From positions 53,878,001 to 53,942,000 of the forward strand of contig OX597831.1 in the NCBI GenBank assembly GCA_951406725.2: a stretch of 64,000 nucleotides of DNA. Reading direction: 5' to 3'. Within the stretch, counting starts at the first letter, position 1, and the number at the start of each line of letters is the position of its first letter. The notes under the pieces are model-generated. The model ran no database searches. It was not told the origin of the DNA and saw only the letters and a program-made list of their open reading frames with translations. Source of the DNA: Octopus vulgaris. Taxonomy: Eukaryota. Shown piece after piece: positions 49,801 to 64,000 of the stretch. The translations under genes were made by a program, and so were the position numbers.

Positions 49801-52390
49801 ATTACCCCATTATTGCTGTTAATATTCCTCTCTCATATTTCTGTATATTACATTAGCTTTTCACTCTTATAGTGATTGGCAGTCATGCTGCAATGATTAA
49901 CTGAATAATTTTCAGCATCTTAAAAACCCCAGAAGGTTTCTAGTTTTAATTGAAAATCTGTATCATTAAACAAAGGGAATTTTTATGTTTGTATAGGAGG
50001 GAGTTATCTAGAGTAAATGTAAACGAAGGAAAATGTTGCTAGAAATGATAGTTGTAAAAATAGCTGGAGGTTTGTTTTTTCTGATGTTTTATGCAGGGCT
50101 CTTTGAAGAAGGAAAAAAATTAACTGTTTCTAATGCAAGCTATTACTACTTTCTCTGCACTCAAATTTTTCTCTTGTGAAAAAGTAGCTTGCAGATCCAG
50201 ATGAAGCAGACTGATGCTGCATAGTGAGATACTGCATTGCACACCCATTCAACTCATAAAAATGAATATAAAACTTACATTTGGAAATTTAAGCAATGAA
50301 ATTATATTTTTTTAATGTTGGAAATTGAACCCACAAATATTTCTAGTTAATAGATTACTTTATGCTACCAGCTGTTCACTGAATGTTTATAAACGTTTGT
50401 CTAAGTATTGTAATGAATGTAAGCTGCAGAAGTTAGCTGTCTCATTATATATTATGTTCTCTATATAAGTATAGCAGATTGCAGCATAATCTTCACTAAG
50501 ATACTTAATTTGAAACAAAAAAAAAAGAAATATTGCTTCTAAGACATTTGATGAAGAAAATGAATGAAAAATGAGTGCCTTGTGGGAATTGAACTTGATT
50601 TTGTAATTACTTTTGATATTGGCTCTTCATTAGTTTTTCAGCTATAGAAATTAATAGACATGACTGAGGTTGGAATTTTTCAGTTGTCTCATTGATTGTT
50701 TTTAGAGTAGTTCAGTTCTTATTGTGGACTGATAAGAGTAAAAGTGGAATACGAGTTCTGTTTTCATTTGTATGTCTTTTGTTTTCCCTTTTCTCTATTT
50801 AGATATTTTATGTAATACATACTTTAAAAAAAATTCCTAAGTCATGAATAAATCATCTTTGTATAGATGTGTTTGAAAAATACTTTAATAATCTAGCACT
50901 TCCTTAATAGCCAATTCACTGGCTTATTAAATTCACCAGACAGTGAAATTTCCTTTTTAAAACAAACTTATGTCACAGGAAATGTTTCTGTTTTTTTCCT
51001 ATTTGATACTTTTATCCCTTTTTCCTTGGTAGTCTTGAATAATTTAAAAGGAAGCTATAGTAATTTAGGATATGATTTGGCAAAGAACAATACCAATTAT
51101 CTGCGAATTGTTTGCTGTATTTCTTAGTGCTGTTTGCCTTTTACTGAAGTCTGTAGTTATTGTTGCTATGCCCATCAGCAAGTATTTCTAGTGCTTTGAC
51201 GAAATTCTTTAAATACTTCCTGAATGAAAATGAAGCAAAAATTATTGAACTAAAAAGAAAAGAAAAAAACCCAATTTTTTTTTCCTTTGGAAAGGAATTT
51301 AAGGATTATAATATTAGATTAGACTCAAAATCATTAAAGCGTAATTTATTTCATATGAATAAGGAAAAAGAACTGTATTAAACATTCAGTAGTCATATTA
51401 GATAATATTAAAAATATTGCTATTTCTCTGAGTTGTTTTTTTTTTTAATATACTTTTAATCACTACTTTCATTTTGAAGAAATTTTTAGAATATATTTTA
51501 TATATCAAACATATTTTGAAGATTTTGTTTCAGTTGCTTCTAAATTCTTAATTGATAACTACTGGTTTGTTGAAAAAGAGTCAATTGATTTTGTATTTAT
51601 CACATTTTTAAATCTTATGCATTCCAAAGGAATTGCAGTGTCTGATTGGTGTAGTTTCATAATATAGATCATGAGAGATCTAAATGCATTCCAATGAGAT
51701 GAGGAATGATTGAATGAATGACAAATGGCTGACAGTGTGATGATGCTTGGTAGTAGCTGTGCTGTCAGGGTGGTAGTTGCATGAGCAAGTTAACCGGAAA
51801 ATATCTGCAACTATAGTAGTTATAGAACTGTTTCAAACTATAAACAAATATGTTTATAGTAAAATTTCAGCATGTTGTGTGTACAAGTATTTTAACATGC
51901 CTTTTTTTGTAAACTGTTCAATATTTTTACTTTTCTATTTAATATACTTCTGAATTTTTCTCATTATTTATATTTAGGCAAGATATAAATTTGAGCTTTT
52001 TTCTTCTAGAGAAACATTTTTTTACAAATTTTTGGAATCAACTTTTTTTTTCTTGTTTCAGCTATTAGACTATGGCCATGCTGGGGCACTGTCTTTTATC
52101 ATTTATTCATTTTAAACAATTGTGAATAAAACAATTGTATGTAATTGTATGAATATTTTTATTTTATCAAATAATTTCTTGGAAATTTTTCTTTGAAATT
52201 AGTTACAATTTAGATAGTTTTAAATTAGAGTATAATTACTATAAATATATTGGGCTAGATTGACTGGTTATTCTTTCTGCATAAGTATAAAGCTTATCCA
52301 GCAAAAATTTGAGATTTTTATGTAGTAAATTTAATGTGTTAAAACAAGAAACCATATCAAGTATTTTGTATAAATTAATAATTGTAATAA

Positions 52391-52590
52391 GGTGGTGAGT
52401 TAGTAGAATTGTTAGCATGTCAGGTAAAATGCTTTGTGACATTTCATCCTGAGTTCAAATTCTGCTGTGATTAACTTTGCTTTTCATTCTTTTGAGGTTG
52501 ATGAAATAAGTACTAGTTGTGAGCATTGGGGTCAATGTAATCAATTATCCCCATCCCCCAAATTTCAGGCCTTGTGCCTGTAATAGAAAG
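52391..52590 (+). mobile_element. Old SINE (32147 family)
   Basis: GAGTTCAAATTCTGC...TTTGCTTTTCATTCTTTTGAGGTTGAT; CpGs decayed. Confidence 0.8.
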
Positions 52591-55534
52591 TATAAATTTA
52601 TAGTTGTAATTTTGTTGCTGTTCACCCCAAATGAACTCTGATTGAGCAACCAGGACCATTTCATCACATCTTCCACCTTTAAGGTTGTAGAAGAGTTTTG
52701 TGTAACTGAAAAGTTACGCATTTAAAATAATTCTTGTAACTTAATATTCTAAACTTTGCAAATTGATCATTGTTTAACAGTTAAGGTAAATACCAGTTAC
52801 TAGAATACTTAAAGCTTTGAAGTTTAGAAGTATATAATTATATAATTCTAAGTCACTTTAATATTAATGGAATACATTAATAAGTAATAAGATATAATCC
52901 AACTTAATTTTGTTGCTATACTGTGTGCTAGGCTACAAGCTTCAGTTAGATGAATATCCTCCATATCTAGATAATAAAGATTTAAGAGTATGAAACAAGA
53001 GATTAAAAGAGATGATAAAAGTAGTATTATATGAGAAAGAGTGAGTAAATATTGAAGGAATGAAGCTATAGATTAAAAAACAACAACAAGCGTTGATATG
53101 TTTGAAGTCCTTAAGTTTGTACAAAACATGAGAGGAAGGAAAGGCTCTTGACGGTGTAATATTTTTTAGCTAAGCCAGAATCTGCTATAATTTAAGATAG
53201 TATACTTTCAGTTTTACAGCTTTTGTGTTTAGTTAGTGGTTCTATTCTTTATATTTTCTATCTTTGAATGTTTTCAAATTTCAACATGCTGCACTACTGT
53301 CAATTCTAGGGTTTGAAGTGACTCAGTCATACTCTTCCAGCTGATAAGGTTTTTGCAGCAATGAAAGTGGTTGAGTTGAAAACAATCTTTTGAAATTCTA
53401 TTTTCAGGGTTGTTCTTATATGGCTTGATCAAGTAATGTACTTGCTAACAAGTGTTTAACCAAAAATGTTATTTGAACATATTCTAGGTATTGTCAATAA
53501 ATGGTTTAAAATAAGAGCCTGTTTATACCTCTCAGGATACAGCAGTTTTCAAGGTTAAAGTCTATCAAGTAATATTTTCTTTATAACTAGAAAGTTTAGT
53601 TCCGTTAATCAAATAAGTCTCTGATAGATCTGGTGATGATTCTGAAGACAACTTATGAATTTTGTTGAAGTTAAATAGACCACAAATTGTACCCTTATGT
53701 TCTTCCTATTCTAAATTTGTGATCTATAAAATTCTTTGCTTCTGGTTTATCATATTATGAGGAAGATTTAGATTTGCAACAAATTCTATTGTATTCTAGC
53801 TTCTAAAACAGTTTTTGATAGTTCCCTGAAAAGCTTTGGAGAAATCAAAAGCAATCTACTACTTTTATTTGGAGTTACTGAGAAAGTAAAATTGACATTT
53901 ATATATGTTTATTATTTAGAAAATTAATTATACAACTAAAACAATATATTTTTAGCTGACTTCTATAATTTATCATCTCATATTTTGTAATGTTTTGAAA
54001 TTATTTTTAGGTTTGAGTGCTAGATTAGATGAGTGGAACAACTTGTTAGGAAGGTGATTAATCAACTTTCTTAAGATATATAGTTATTGATGTGCTAGTA
54101 CTTGAACAGTGAAAGAAATATTGCTAGTTGGCAGTTTCACATCATTAGACAAGTGTATATACTTACTAGCAAAAATGAAAAATTATGGTTTGACATTTTT
54201 CAATAGATCTACTTTAAAAGGTGTTACAAATAGTTGCATTTTCATTGGGTGAGAGGAATGGCTGTAAAATATCATTCTAGGAAATGTAGTCCATTTATTA
54301 TATTCTATTTATTCTTGTGAGATATTTTAACTGAATTTTTTTTTAATATCTAACATTGTTTATCACTTATTGACTGGTTTCTCTGCAAAAGGGCCATCCA
54401 CTTTTTCTCTGTGTGCATGCATGCAGATATGTATATATGTTTCTTTTTAAAAATAAAGTTAGTATTTTTTAAAATTTTTAATGTAACTAATTCCATAGTT
54501 TTAAATTGAAATGTTCTCAATTTTTATGTAAAACTTATTGCCAGTAAAACTAAAATAACCATAATACACTTTTAGTCTAATTCATCAAACCACATTGATT
54601 TTTAAATCAATGTGAATGTAAATTTCAAGGAATGTTTTGTTTAAATATCAACTTAGCTATTAACTCCAAAAATGGTTACAAGTCCAGAAAATGTCTGGTT
54701 TGCATTAAAAAGTGACTAGGAAATTTAAATTGGTGTTTTGAGCGGAAACTAACATTATTTTAGTTTTCAAGCTTACAAACAATATTTGTTAGGTAGTGAA
54801 TTGGTTTGATTTTCAAATGATAACTCATGTGTAGTATACTATTTTAATTTAGATACATTTTTGATTTCATAAATATAATATGACATTAGCAAACAATTTT
54901 TGATTACTAATGTTTTGACTATTCATGCAAGCTATATAATTTGGCTCATTCTATAATTTCAGCTTGTAATTAAATTTGTGTGGCCTTAGCATGCTAATGA
55001 AACTATATACAGAAGAATTTTAGTTAAAAATGCAGATCAGTGAAGAAAATTTGTTTGGGATTTATTTCTTAAACTTCCGAAATCAGCTTTTTTTTTCCAT
55101 TAAGATATTTTTCTAAGAGTAAATAAATTAAAGAACAAGAATAAAATGAATTGTATAAAATTTTATGTTGCCAGTATTTTTAGCAGTTTTTCAGCATTGT
55201 ATTGAGGTGAATGGGAAAGATTTTAAAAACCATCTTTTGAAAGCTGTTTTTTTTTACCATAATTTAAACAGTGAATTGGTATTTCTTTCATAAGCAAGCT
55301 GAGAAGGTTGTGTACCTACTGAAATACCTACTAATTTAAGTGAAAACTAAAAAAATAGTTTGCCATAAATAGTCCTTCATGATAACAGGAAGATCTGCAG
55401 GAAATAGATATTTCCTTTCCTTATGCTAACTAATTTACTTACTGAATGTTTGCTTTTGCTCTATTGATTCTTACTGATGCAAACACAAACCACTATTAAT
55501 CTATTTGAATTTTAATAATCATATTATGTCTTTA

Positions 55535-55750
55535 AGGCAGTGAGCTGGCAAAATTGTTAGCATGCTGGGTGAAATGCTTAGTAGCATTTTGTCTACCTTT
55601 ACGTTCTGAGTTCAAATTCTGCCAAGGCTGACTTTGCCTTTCCTCCTTTCGGGGTCGATAAAATAAGTACCAACTGAGCACTGGGGTCAATGTAATTGAT
55701 TTATCTTTTTCCAAAATTGCTGCTTTGTGCCAAAATTTGAAACCAATAAT
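55535..55750 (+). mobile_element. SINE (32147 family)
   Basis: GGCAGTGAGCTGGCA...GAGTTCAAATTCT...GACTTTGCCTTTC.TCCTTTCGGGGTCGATAAA. Confidence 0.85.
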
Positions 55751-56819
55751 TATATTATATTAATTCCTTAATTTTTTAAAGAGAGAACTAACTTGTAACT
55801 CTGACTACAAAAATTTCATCTTTTACTTTTGTTAGTTTGCATCAATGATTCTATTAGGTTTCTCTCTCTAAGCTGGATTGTAATAATGTTTTTCTTTCTG
55901 TTGCAATGAAAAACAATTTGGACTGAAGTAAATATTTGGAGGATTAATTTATATATTCATTGATTTTTAAAATATATTCTGCAAATGCAAAGTTTTTACC
56001 TCCCTCTTCAGGTACTGTCTTTAGCTTTTTGGAACTATTTGACAGGGAAATGGTTTAATTCTGTAGTTATTCTAGTGTTACAGCTTCATTTTTTGTGAGG
56101 TGCAACTTCAGGGAGAAAGCATTGATTAACATCTCTTGTATGGGATCTGAGAAGTTAGTAGATAAAGAGGGGCATTAGTAAAAAACCTGGTTAACATATT
56201 ATTAAAAGACAGATACATATGAGAGCACATAACTGCAGTGGGTCAGTGGTTAGAATGTTGCAATGTGGGCTTACCAAATGTGAACCTCTTTTCTCCTTTA
56301 TACAGTTTTTATAGGTGTGTGTTGGCACAGGCAAGACATGCTTTGTCTTGTGTCATTGTGTTTGTGTACAATTAGCAACACCTGCACTACTGTGATTTTT
56401 GACAATATGAAGAAATTTCTTTAATCAATTGATTTGTTAGTGTGTGTGTGTGTAAACATTTGCCATCTGCACTAAGTAGTGCAGTTGATTTTAATCAATT
56501 GATGCTGGCATCTCTCAGTCTTCAAGCAATAAGGTTACTTTGATAGTCCCAAGCAGATCTTAGCTTTGCTTACACTTTAAGGATGACTCAGTGCATTCAT
56601 GTGAGGAATAGTAACTCAGAGTATTATCTTTGAAACAAATAATGATGGAACTATTCCCCATAAGTCCTACATGGGATACATGACATACTTGTTATCATGC
56701 AGTGATTTATGTGCAAGACCAAGCAACTTTAATCATCACTATCACCAACAGTCAAATTCCAATTAGCCAGTCCAACAGAATGCCTGAAAGAAACATACCT
56801 CAGGTAAAGGATTCTGCAC

Positions 56820-57215
56820 ATGACCATCATCATTTAATGTTCACTTTTTCATGCTTGCATGGGTAAGACAGAATTTTTCAAAACAGGTTTTCTACAGCTT
56901 GATTTCCTTCCTGTTGTCAATTTTCAAGTAAGGTAAAATTTCCCTATGGTCGGACATGCTTTTCATGGAAGACTGGAAACCAACAACATTGCTTGTGTGA
57001 CAGGGCTGCTCGTTTACAATTATCACATGGTATCAAAACAAGAATTCACATATGCATATGCAAAAGGCTTCTTTCAGTTTCTATCTACTGAATCTACTCA
57101 AAAAGCGTTGGTGGCTCAGGTCTGTAATAAAAGGCTCTTACCCAATGTTCCATGCAATGGGATTGAACCCAAGACCGCATGGTTAGGAAGTAAGCATCTT
57201 AATTGCACAGTCACA
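56820..57215 (-). mobile_element. Old SINE (major-family head + (GAT)n module)
   Basis: GGCTTCTTTCAGTTTCTATCTAC...GGGATTGAACCC...GGTTAGGAAGTAAGC as in other minus-strand copies. Confidence 0.7.
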
Positions 57216-60200
57216 CTTGTGACACTAAATACAAATACTGCAAACATATAGTAAGTCAAAAAACTTTTCTATCAGTTATGGTTATCTAAGCAATTAGTAG
57301 ATAAAAATTACCTTTATGGAGTAACACCTATAGACAGTCAGCTGTTAGAGATTTTCCAAAACCCACTCCGCCTGTAGTCAGTTTATCATACTATTATAGT
57401 TTAGATTACTCAACAACAGTTGTTCTTATGAACTCATTTTCAAACTAAATATTCAACAATTATTCTTAATGTCTATTTTAATGATTTTAATGTTCTCATT
57501 AATACTTTCCATTACAAACAACTAACAATTAAAAGTTTGCTGCTGGCTTATTGTAAAGGTTCTTGTTATTTCTCAATTACCATTATCAATTTATTTTTGT
57601 CATGATATAAATGCTACCTGTGGTCTTTATGCAGTATTCACTTTGTTCACTTTGTAGTATCTTTAACAAGATTTGTATCACTGCACAGTTTTTATCGTTG
57701 ATGCCATAGTTGTGCTGTGACCTATATTCTTTGAGCATGGAAACCAATAATTGTTTTCCTTAATGTTATTATCAACAGCACGAGATTGTGTTTGGAAGGT
57801 AACAACTTTTTTCTCTGAGTTCTGAAGTTGAATTTTCTGTACAAGATCTGCTTCAATTTTGAAAACACAGATGGTTAAGAGGTTCATCATCATCGTTTAA
57901 ACAATCAACTGTGAGATCTGAAATTTGTGTCTTAGTTTTGTGATGTATCCAAGATATTTAACTCTCAATGGCAGTCCAAGTTACAAATGGATGGAATAGA
58001 TCTTTGCTGTAGGTTCTAGCTGCTCTGGTTCAATGCCTCTTACATGAAAATATACCTGTAATAGACCAACATCCTCTTCAGTGGGAAGTCCATCTCTTCT
58101 GATTTGTGTTGCTGAAACTGAAGATCTCTAGCCTTATGGACCTTTGTTCTTTGGAAGAGATTAGTTGTTTTTCATCAGTTGTTGCTAAGTGAATTTGTTT
58201 ATGCTAAAAGGCAATATAGATGCTCAATTTCTCTTAGAAGGCAATCGATTTTTATCTTTTAAGAGATTTGTTATTTATTTTTCTGGTGTCACATGTTTTC
58301 AACCTTAAAGTTGTGTACATGCTGAGATTTATTTGCCAAATGATAGATTCTGTTAATGATTACAGGTATTCTGAAGCAATATAATGAATCTCTTTGATCA
58401 TTAAATCAGTGGATTATTCACTGTCCCTTTCTATATGGTCCAATATCTAAGTCAGATTGGAATTATTTTTATATTACCATTTGAAGAGTGTTTATAAATG
58501 TGTTTCCTCATTGTATATCATGCAGTTCTAGATGCTTGTTTGACAGATATTACTATCAGGTGTGACAGTATCTGTGTTTGGTAATATCAATGTTGGTGGC
58601 TTGTCAACAAGCTTCTTTTTTAAATTTTGATTGACTGTGTTTTTGAAAATAGTCAGTATAGCTCTCTGAGGGAGACCTGACATCAGTGGGGAGGGTATAT
58701 ATAATATTGCAGATTTTTGATAAAAATGAACTTAGAGGTTTAAATACTGACAATATATTCTTTTTACTGCTATAAGCATTTATTACCTTGCTTATCAATA
58801 AAGTGAGCAACACTGGAATGCAGAGGCTGTATATTTTCCTTGATCATTTCATATACATGATTGATTGGTTTTTAAGGCCTTTTTAAAAGCATCAATATAA
58901 ATACATCACAATCAAAATCTCAAACTGTAGAGAAGTTTTCTATTTTCATTTCCCCCTCACTTCCACCGTAGTAGCTGGCTATTATTTTGTCATTACTGCC
59001 AGCTATAGTAATTTTATCAAAACCCCATGTCGTGATTGGCAACATTATTTGCTTTTCTGAATACTACTGTGTTTTTGTGTAAAAGGCATTTATGTAGTTA
59101 CTGAAGAAAACTAGTTATTGTACCAAGCTGATACGAGTTACAAAGTAACTGGGGAAAATATTCGCAAAGCTTTTGAATAGCCTTGTGTTTGCACACAGTG
59201 TATGCATATACATTAATAGGTGGCATCAGATTTAATTATCAGTTTTATAGCTTTTATCTTACGTTTTATTATATTTTAAACTTGTGTAATTTCTATAAGT
59301 TTTGTTTTGAATTAAAAAGCTGTACAGTAATATTCAGTGAACTGAGATGAAAAGGTTGTTAACATTTGTCTCCTAAGAGTAGTGAAGTTGAGCTTTTGAA
59401 ATTATTGGAAACCATTAAGTGGCAAGAATATTTGGAGTTTGTTGAAATTAGGATCTCTGATGATAGGTGTATTAATGCAGGTGAATGGTAGCTTATTCAT
59501 CTCAAAGAATTGCAATAAAATAAATATGGAGTTTATGACCTATTGAGGCAACCTGATAGTGGTCACTTGACTTGCAGAAAAGAGTAGTCTATTCTCCTCC
59601 TCCCAATCCCACCCTACTATCTTAGCTTTTTATTGTAATTGCAATGACATTTTGAATGCATTGTATGTATATATAAATTGGCTCAGTATATGACTGGTAC
59701 ATATTGACCATGGAAAGGATTAACTAAATACTGCAATGTATTTTTCCTGCTCTGATGAGTCTGCCAAATTCTCTGCCTTTATCTTAAAGAACACATATAA
59801 TGTCTAGTAAATCATTATGGGTTTGAAAATATTGCCATGGCTTTGTTTAGAGGTCTGCTTGATCAAGACTTGCTTTGGGTAAAATGGAAAAGTAGCTAAA
59901 AAAAAATTACTACTGAAAACAAGTTTTAATTTTCATAATTTAGTTTTTCCTAAATTCAAATATTTCTTTTATGTAGATTGAAATATCACCATCTTAAACA
60001 TGAATATCAATTTTAAAATATTCAGTTTGAAGAAGAAAAATAGTGTGCATGCAATGCACAATGTAAATTAAAATCCATAGAAGGCTGGTTCAGGGGGTGG
60101 GAAAAATAAAATTTTGTAGCTGTAAAAGAATATGATTAAAATAGCCATTTCTGATGGCAGTGTACACTAATTATTCATGACCTGTGATTTGTGAGATTGC

Positions 60201-63200
60201 CACTTTATGAATTATGTTAATTAAAAGTACTTTACAATATTATGCACAAGTTTCTAATTTTCTTTATTATTTAGAATCTTATTTTTCAAATGCATGCAAT
60301 ATAAATAACAACCAATGAGTAAAATTATTCTTTTACATAACAGAATAAAAATTCACTTATGTAGTAGCATTATTAACAAATAGTTTTAAGTTAATCATAA
60401 TTTTTCTGACATGGTTTGATTATTTGAAATGTGTATAGCATACTATAGATAATGGATTAGCATGTTATTTCAAAATAGTTAAAATGAAGATCAATAACAA
60501 TAGAGAAAAATGAAGGGTTATGTCTTGAATGATATCCATACAAAACAAAAAACAAAAGAATTTCTCAATTGAAATTCTCCTGGAGGAAGAAAACAAAAGC
60601 CTATGGTAATTGTTAGTGGTTCTGAAAGAGGAGTAGAGATTTTAAAAATTTGTTTGAATCCTTATGCTTAAAAGGAAATCTGATTTTTATTTATAGGCCA
60701 GGAGTCTGTTATATATATGTATTACAGCTTTATTGGGCCTCAGTAGCATAGTATCTCAAGAGTCTACATCATATCATAGTCTACCCAAGCCAGCTTTGAT
60801 CAGTTGATGGAAGTTTCTACACAAAGAAAAGTTATGGAATTTTTTTTTTACCAACTAGTTTGCAAAATTAAGGAAACAAAATAAACCAAGGGAAATAACT
60901 CAAGTGGGACAGTGGCATGAATTTGGATAAGTGGTAATATTGAATACCAATGCAAAAATTTCTGAGTTAATTGAAATTTTCCTTTTAAGTGGAGAAAGAA
61001 AACAAAAACCTTTTTGTGGATATCATTTAATACATCATTCCTTCATTTATCTGTTTGTATTGAAAAATCCTTTTACGGATTTGTGCTTTCTTGAGAAGCT
61101 GAAATAAGATGTAAGGCTCCTTTGAGTAAATGTTTTTTTCTTTTTTTTTCTTCTATACAATTTTTGAATGTTACTAGTTTTATTTTTACCAGTAGTGAAT
61201 CTCAAAAGGAGTTAAGTTTTTGATATTGAAGATGCAATAAGATGATTAGTTTTTATTTCATGTCCACTTTTCCATCCTGGCATAGATTAAATGCACCATC
61301 ACAGACCAACTCTGTTCTTATTCAGAATTGCTTTCTTCGTAGATTATTCAAGGGTCCACATTGCACTCATGTGTTACATTTTGGCATGTTTTCTATGGCT
61401 AGATGCCTTTCCTATCACTTTAAAGAGCATGCTGAATGCATTTTATCATGACACTAGTATTAGAGATTTTCATATCTTTGACAAGATGCTGCTCCTTTTT
61501 CCAGCATTGTCTCCTTTCATGCACTAGTGTCAGAACATTGTCTTGGCCCTGGCATATAGAAGATTGAGGTAACCAGATTTAGAGGGTGATTGATGAAAGG
61601 GAACAAAACCATAATGATACAAGCTTGAGAATGATAGAGGAGAGAGAGAAGGTAGTAGTAAACAGCTACACTATGAATGCTGGTAAGTTTGGATAGAAAA
61701 CAACAAAGGCAGGAGAGTGACTGAAGGGAGACAGATAGAAGGAAGTACTGGTGATGAGTGGTGAGTGTCAGCAATGAATGTTAAGAAAAGGAGTAATGTG
61801 AATAATATAGGTGGGTGCTGATAAGTGTAAGAGAGGGTAATGGCTAATAATAATGAATGTTATGGTAAGTGGGGATTGAATAAGAGCAGATCCAATGCCT
61901 AATGCGATGTCATCCCTCATTATACAGGCAGCATGATGTGAGAAAGTTAGAGTGGCTGTGATGTTGGTTGTGCAATTGTTAAACAGATGCAGGTTGAACT
62001 TTGAATAAATTCTTGAAACAGGCGGGAGCTTTTTCAAATTAATGAATCTTTTTTCATTGCAAATGTAAGAATATGGTTGAAAGATTAAATAAGGAAGCAC
62101 TGTCAGTACCAAGATCTGAAGAAATGGATGGTTTTTGCTTTATATATCTATAGTAATAATATAATACTGAAATTGTTTTCCATCCAGTTGATTAATGATA
62201 TATTAGCTGATGACATCTGAGACAGGATAAGTCTATTTTAGCGAATGAAATGTTTAAATGGTAAATAAAAATGATGCTGAATGATTTGTTCCGCATTACA
62301 TTTGAAGTTGTTGATGTTGAAACTTTTTTGAGAGAAGAATATGAATACATGTAATATCTTACAGTAAATGAAATCAAATAGAAATGTACTTGGCATGTCA
62401 GACATAATCTGATGTAAGAAAAAAAATAATCATCATTTCCAGTATTGTGTAATGGAGAAAGTGCTGTTGAAAAACATTCATGCAATTACATTAGGAGAAC
62501 GGAGATTTATTTTTCAAATGTAAGATGCTAATAATGGTAATTTTTATGTCTTCATTCTGCTTCATATTTATGCTCTTATGTAATTATATTGCCAGTATCA
62601 GAACTAGTTCACTATGATAGTGAAATTTAAGCCATGAAATTAGATAACTTGTTTCTAAAAATAGATTTTATATAATTCATTGGAGGTGGTTAGCAAGATT
62701 GAAATCAGGAGAAACTTGGTTGTATATGGAATTAGATTTAGTGCAGTTTGCAAAAGAGAAGTTAGGTACTGTCTGAAGAAAAGAAAATTGAATTATCCTT
62801 CAATGTAGAAAACATAGAATGTCTTGTAGAAAACATAGAATGATATTGATTAGCATACTGACTTTTTACAGAATTGTCTAGAAGAATTAAATGCAGTTTA
62901 CAGGTGTTCGAAATTTGATTCAAATTGATTCTTGTTAATGCACTTTTTGGTAGCTAAATCTGAAAATCCTAGAATAAAATATTTAGCTTGTCCAGGTACA
63001 TTTTTCAGACAACAATGCAAAATGGCATACAGTACTACTTATAGATATATCATAGTCATAAAGTTAAAATTAGAAAGCATATTTTGTGAGAAGCCTGTAA
63101 TCTTTTCTAAAAGCCAGGGTCTTTTTTGAGCTGTTTTTTTCCTATCTTCTGCTTTCTGTAGCATTAAGCAGATGAGATTTAATTTTCCCATGAATAAGAC

Positions 63201-64000
63201 AACTAGTTGTTTTTTCTTCTTGTAAGTGGAATTGAACTCCTGAAACTGCTGCTTAAAAAGCTAGATGAACTGGACTGAAAGGTTTTGGTTGTGTATATAA
63301 CAGTATCAGTAAACAAACAAGTGCTGACTTCTTGGGTTACTTTCTATTTCTCTGTTCACTTGACCAAAATCTATTTCATAAGTGTGAAAAATTTTTTTTT
63401 AAGTACATTTATTGATAATATTTCTGTGGAAAGGCAGAGCAGGAAGATTATTTTAAACTAGAATTCAGAAAATATTGAGCCTCTCCTTGTAATTATCATG
63501 GAATTGCTTTTCAAACAAATCATTTTAAAATTTAATCAAACAAGACAAAGAAGAATCAGAGTTTTATTAATGATTTTCCAAATTTAAAAAGGAAAAAGTT
63601 TCTTCACTAAATTTTCAAAATAATTGCCGTCAAAGTGTTAATGAAACTAAGGTAGTTGAAATTGCTACAAATAATTGATTTACTCGCGTCCAAAGAATTG
63701 AAAAGAAAGAGAAAAATATATCTGCTATTGGAAGTTCAATTAAAGAAACTACAAATTCTTAAAAACTGAAATCTACAAAGTTTAAAAAGAAATTTAAATC
63801 AATGTTGTGATCAGAATTAAGATAGATTTCAAGGATTGTGACTTTACATTGATGAAATTAAATCTTGATGCAAATACAAACTGACTTAAGAACACATTAA
63901 AATCAGAAGAAAAAAAGAAAATTACTTTAAATTCATTTCGTTCACACTTGCTTCAGTTGGATGGTTCTGCACTTTTTCTGTATAATTTTTCTTTGGCAAT

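Noticed and set aside
54011-54053. Possible 43-nt plus-strand exon (LSARLDEWNNLLG)
   Set aside because: Weak donor (gtgatt); expected by chance in T-rich intron.
60155-60202. Hairpin starting with miR-34-type seed TGGCAGTG
   Set aside because: Only ~48 nt, bulged, no basal stem, and the 3' part is unlike miR-34.
60782-60804. Partial match to miR-2 (AGCCAGCTTTGAT)
   Set aside because: Seed differs and there is no complementary arm to form a precursor hairpin.

Overview
AT-rich, repeat-dense eukaryotic DNA, most likely an octopus genome. This is inferred from recurring tRNA-derived SINE families and very long (TA)n, (TAA)n and (GAA)n tracts, not from a database search. No complete protein-coding gene is visible, and nearly all listed ORFs are microsatellite artefacts or decayed transposon fragments. 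The centre of the window is a CpG-rich, probably bidirectional promoter at about 36.4-36.8 kb, with NRF1-like and E2F-like motifs. It is flanked by a minus-strand first exon (short ORF MEEVVKLAVGGWGDVRRI) and a plus-strand non-coding first exon. Base skew flips at this point, consistent with two large divergent introns. The left 36 kb is packed with SINEs, mariner, hAT, piggyBac-like and Tc2-like DNA elements, RTE and R4/Dong LINE relics, and several Penelope-like remnants carrying hammerhead-ribozyme motifs. The right ~21 kb is CpG-depleted, T-rich and poor in recognisable repeats. I found no clear new multi-gene system. The best leads are the promoter architecture, the hammerhead-bearing Penelope pieces and several unusual transposon rearrangements.
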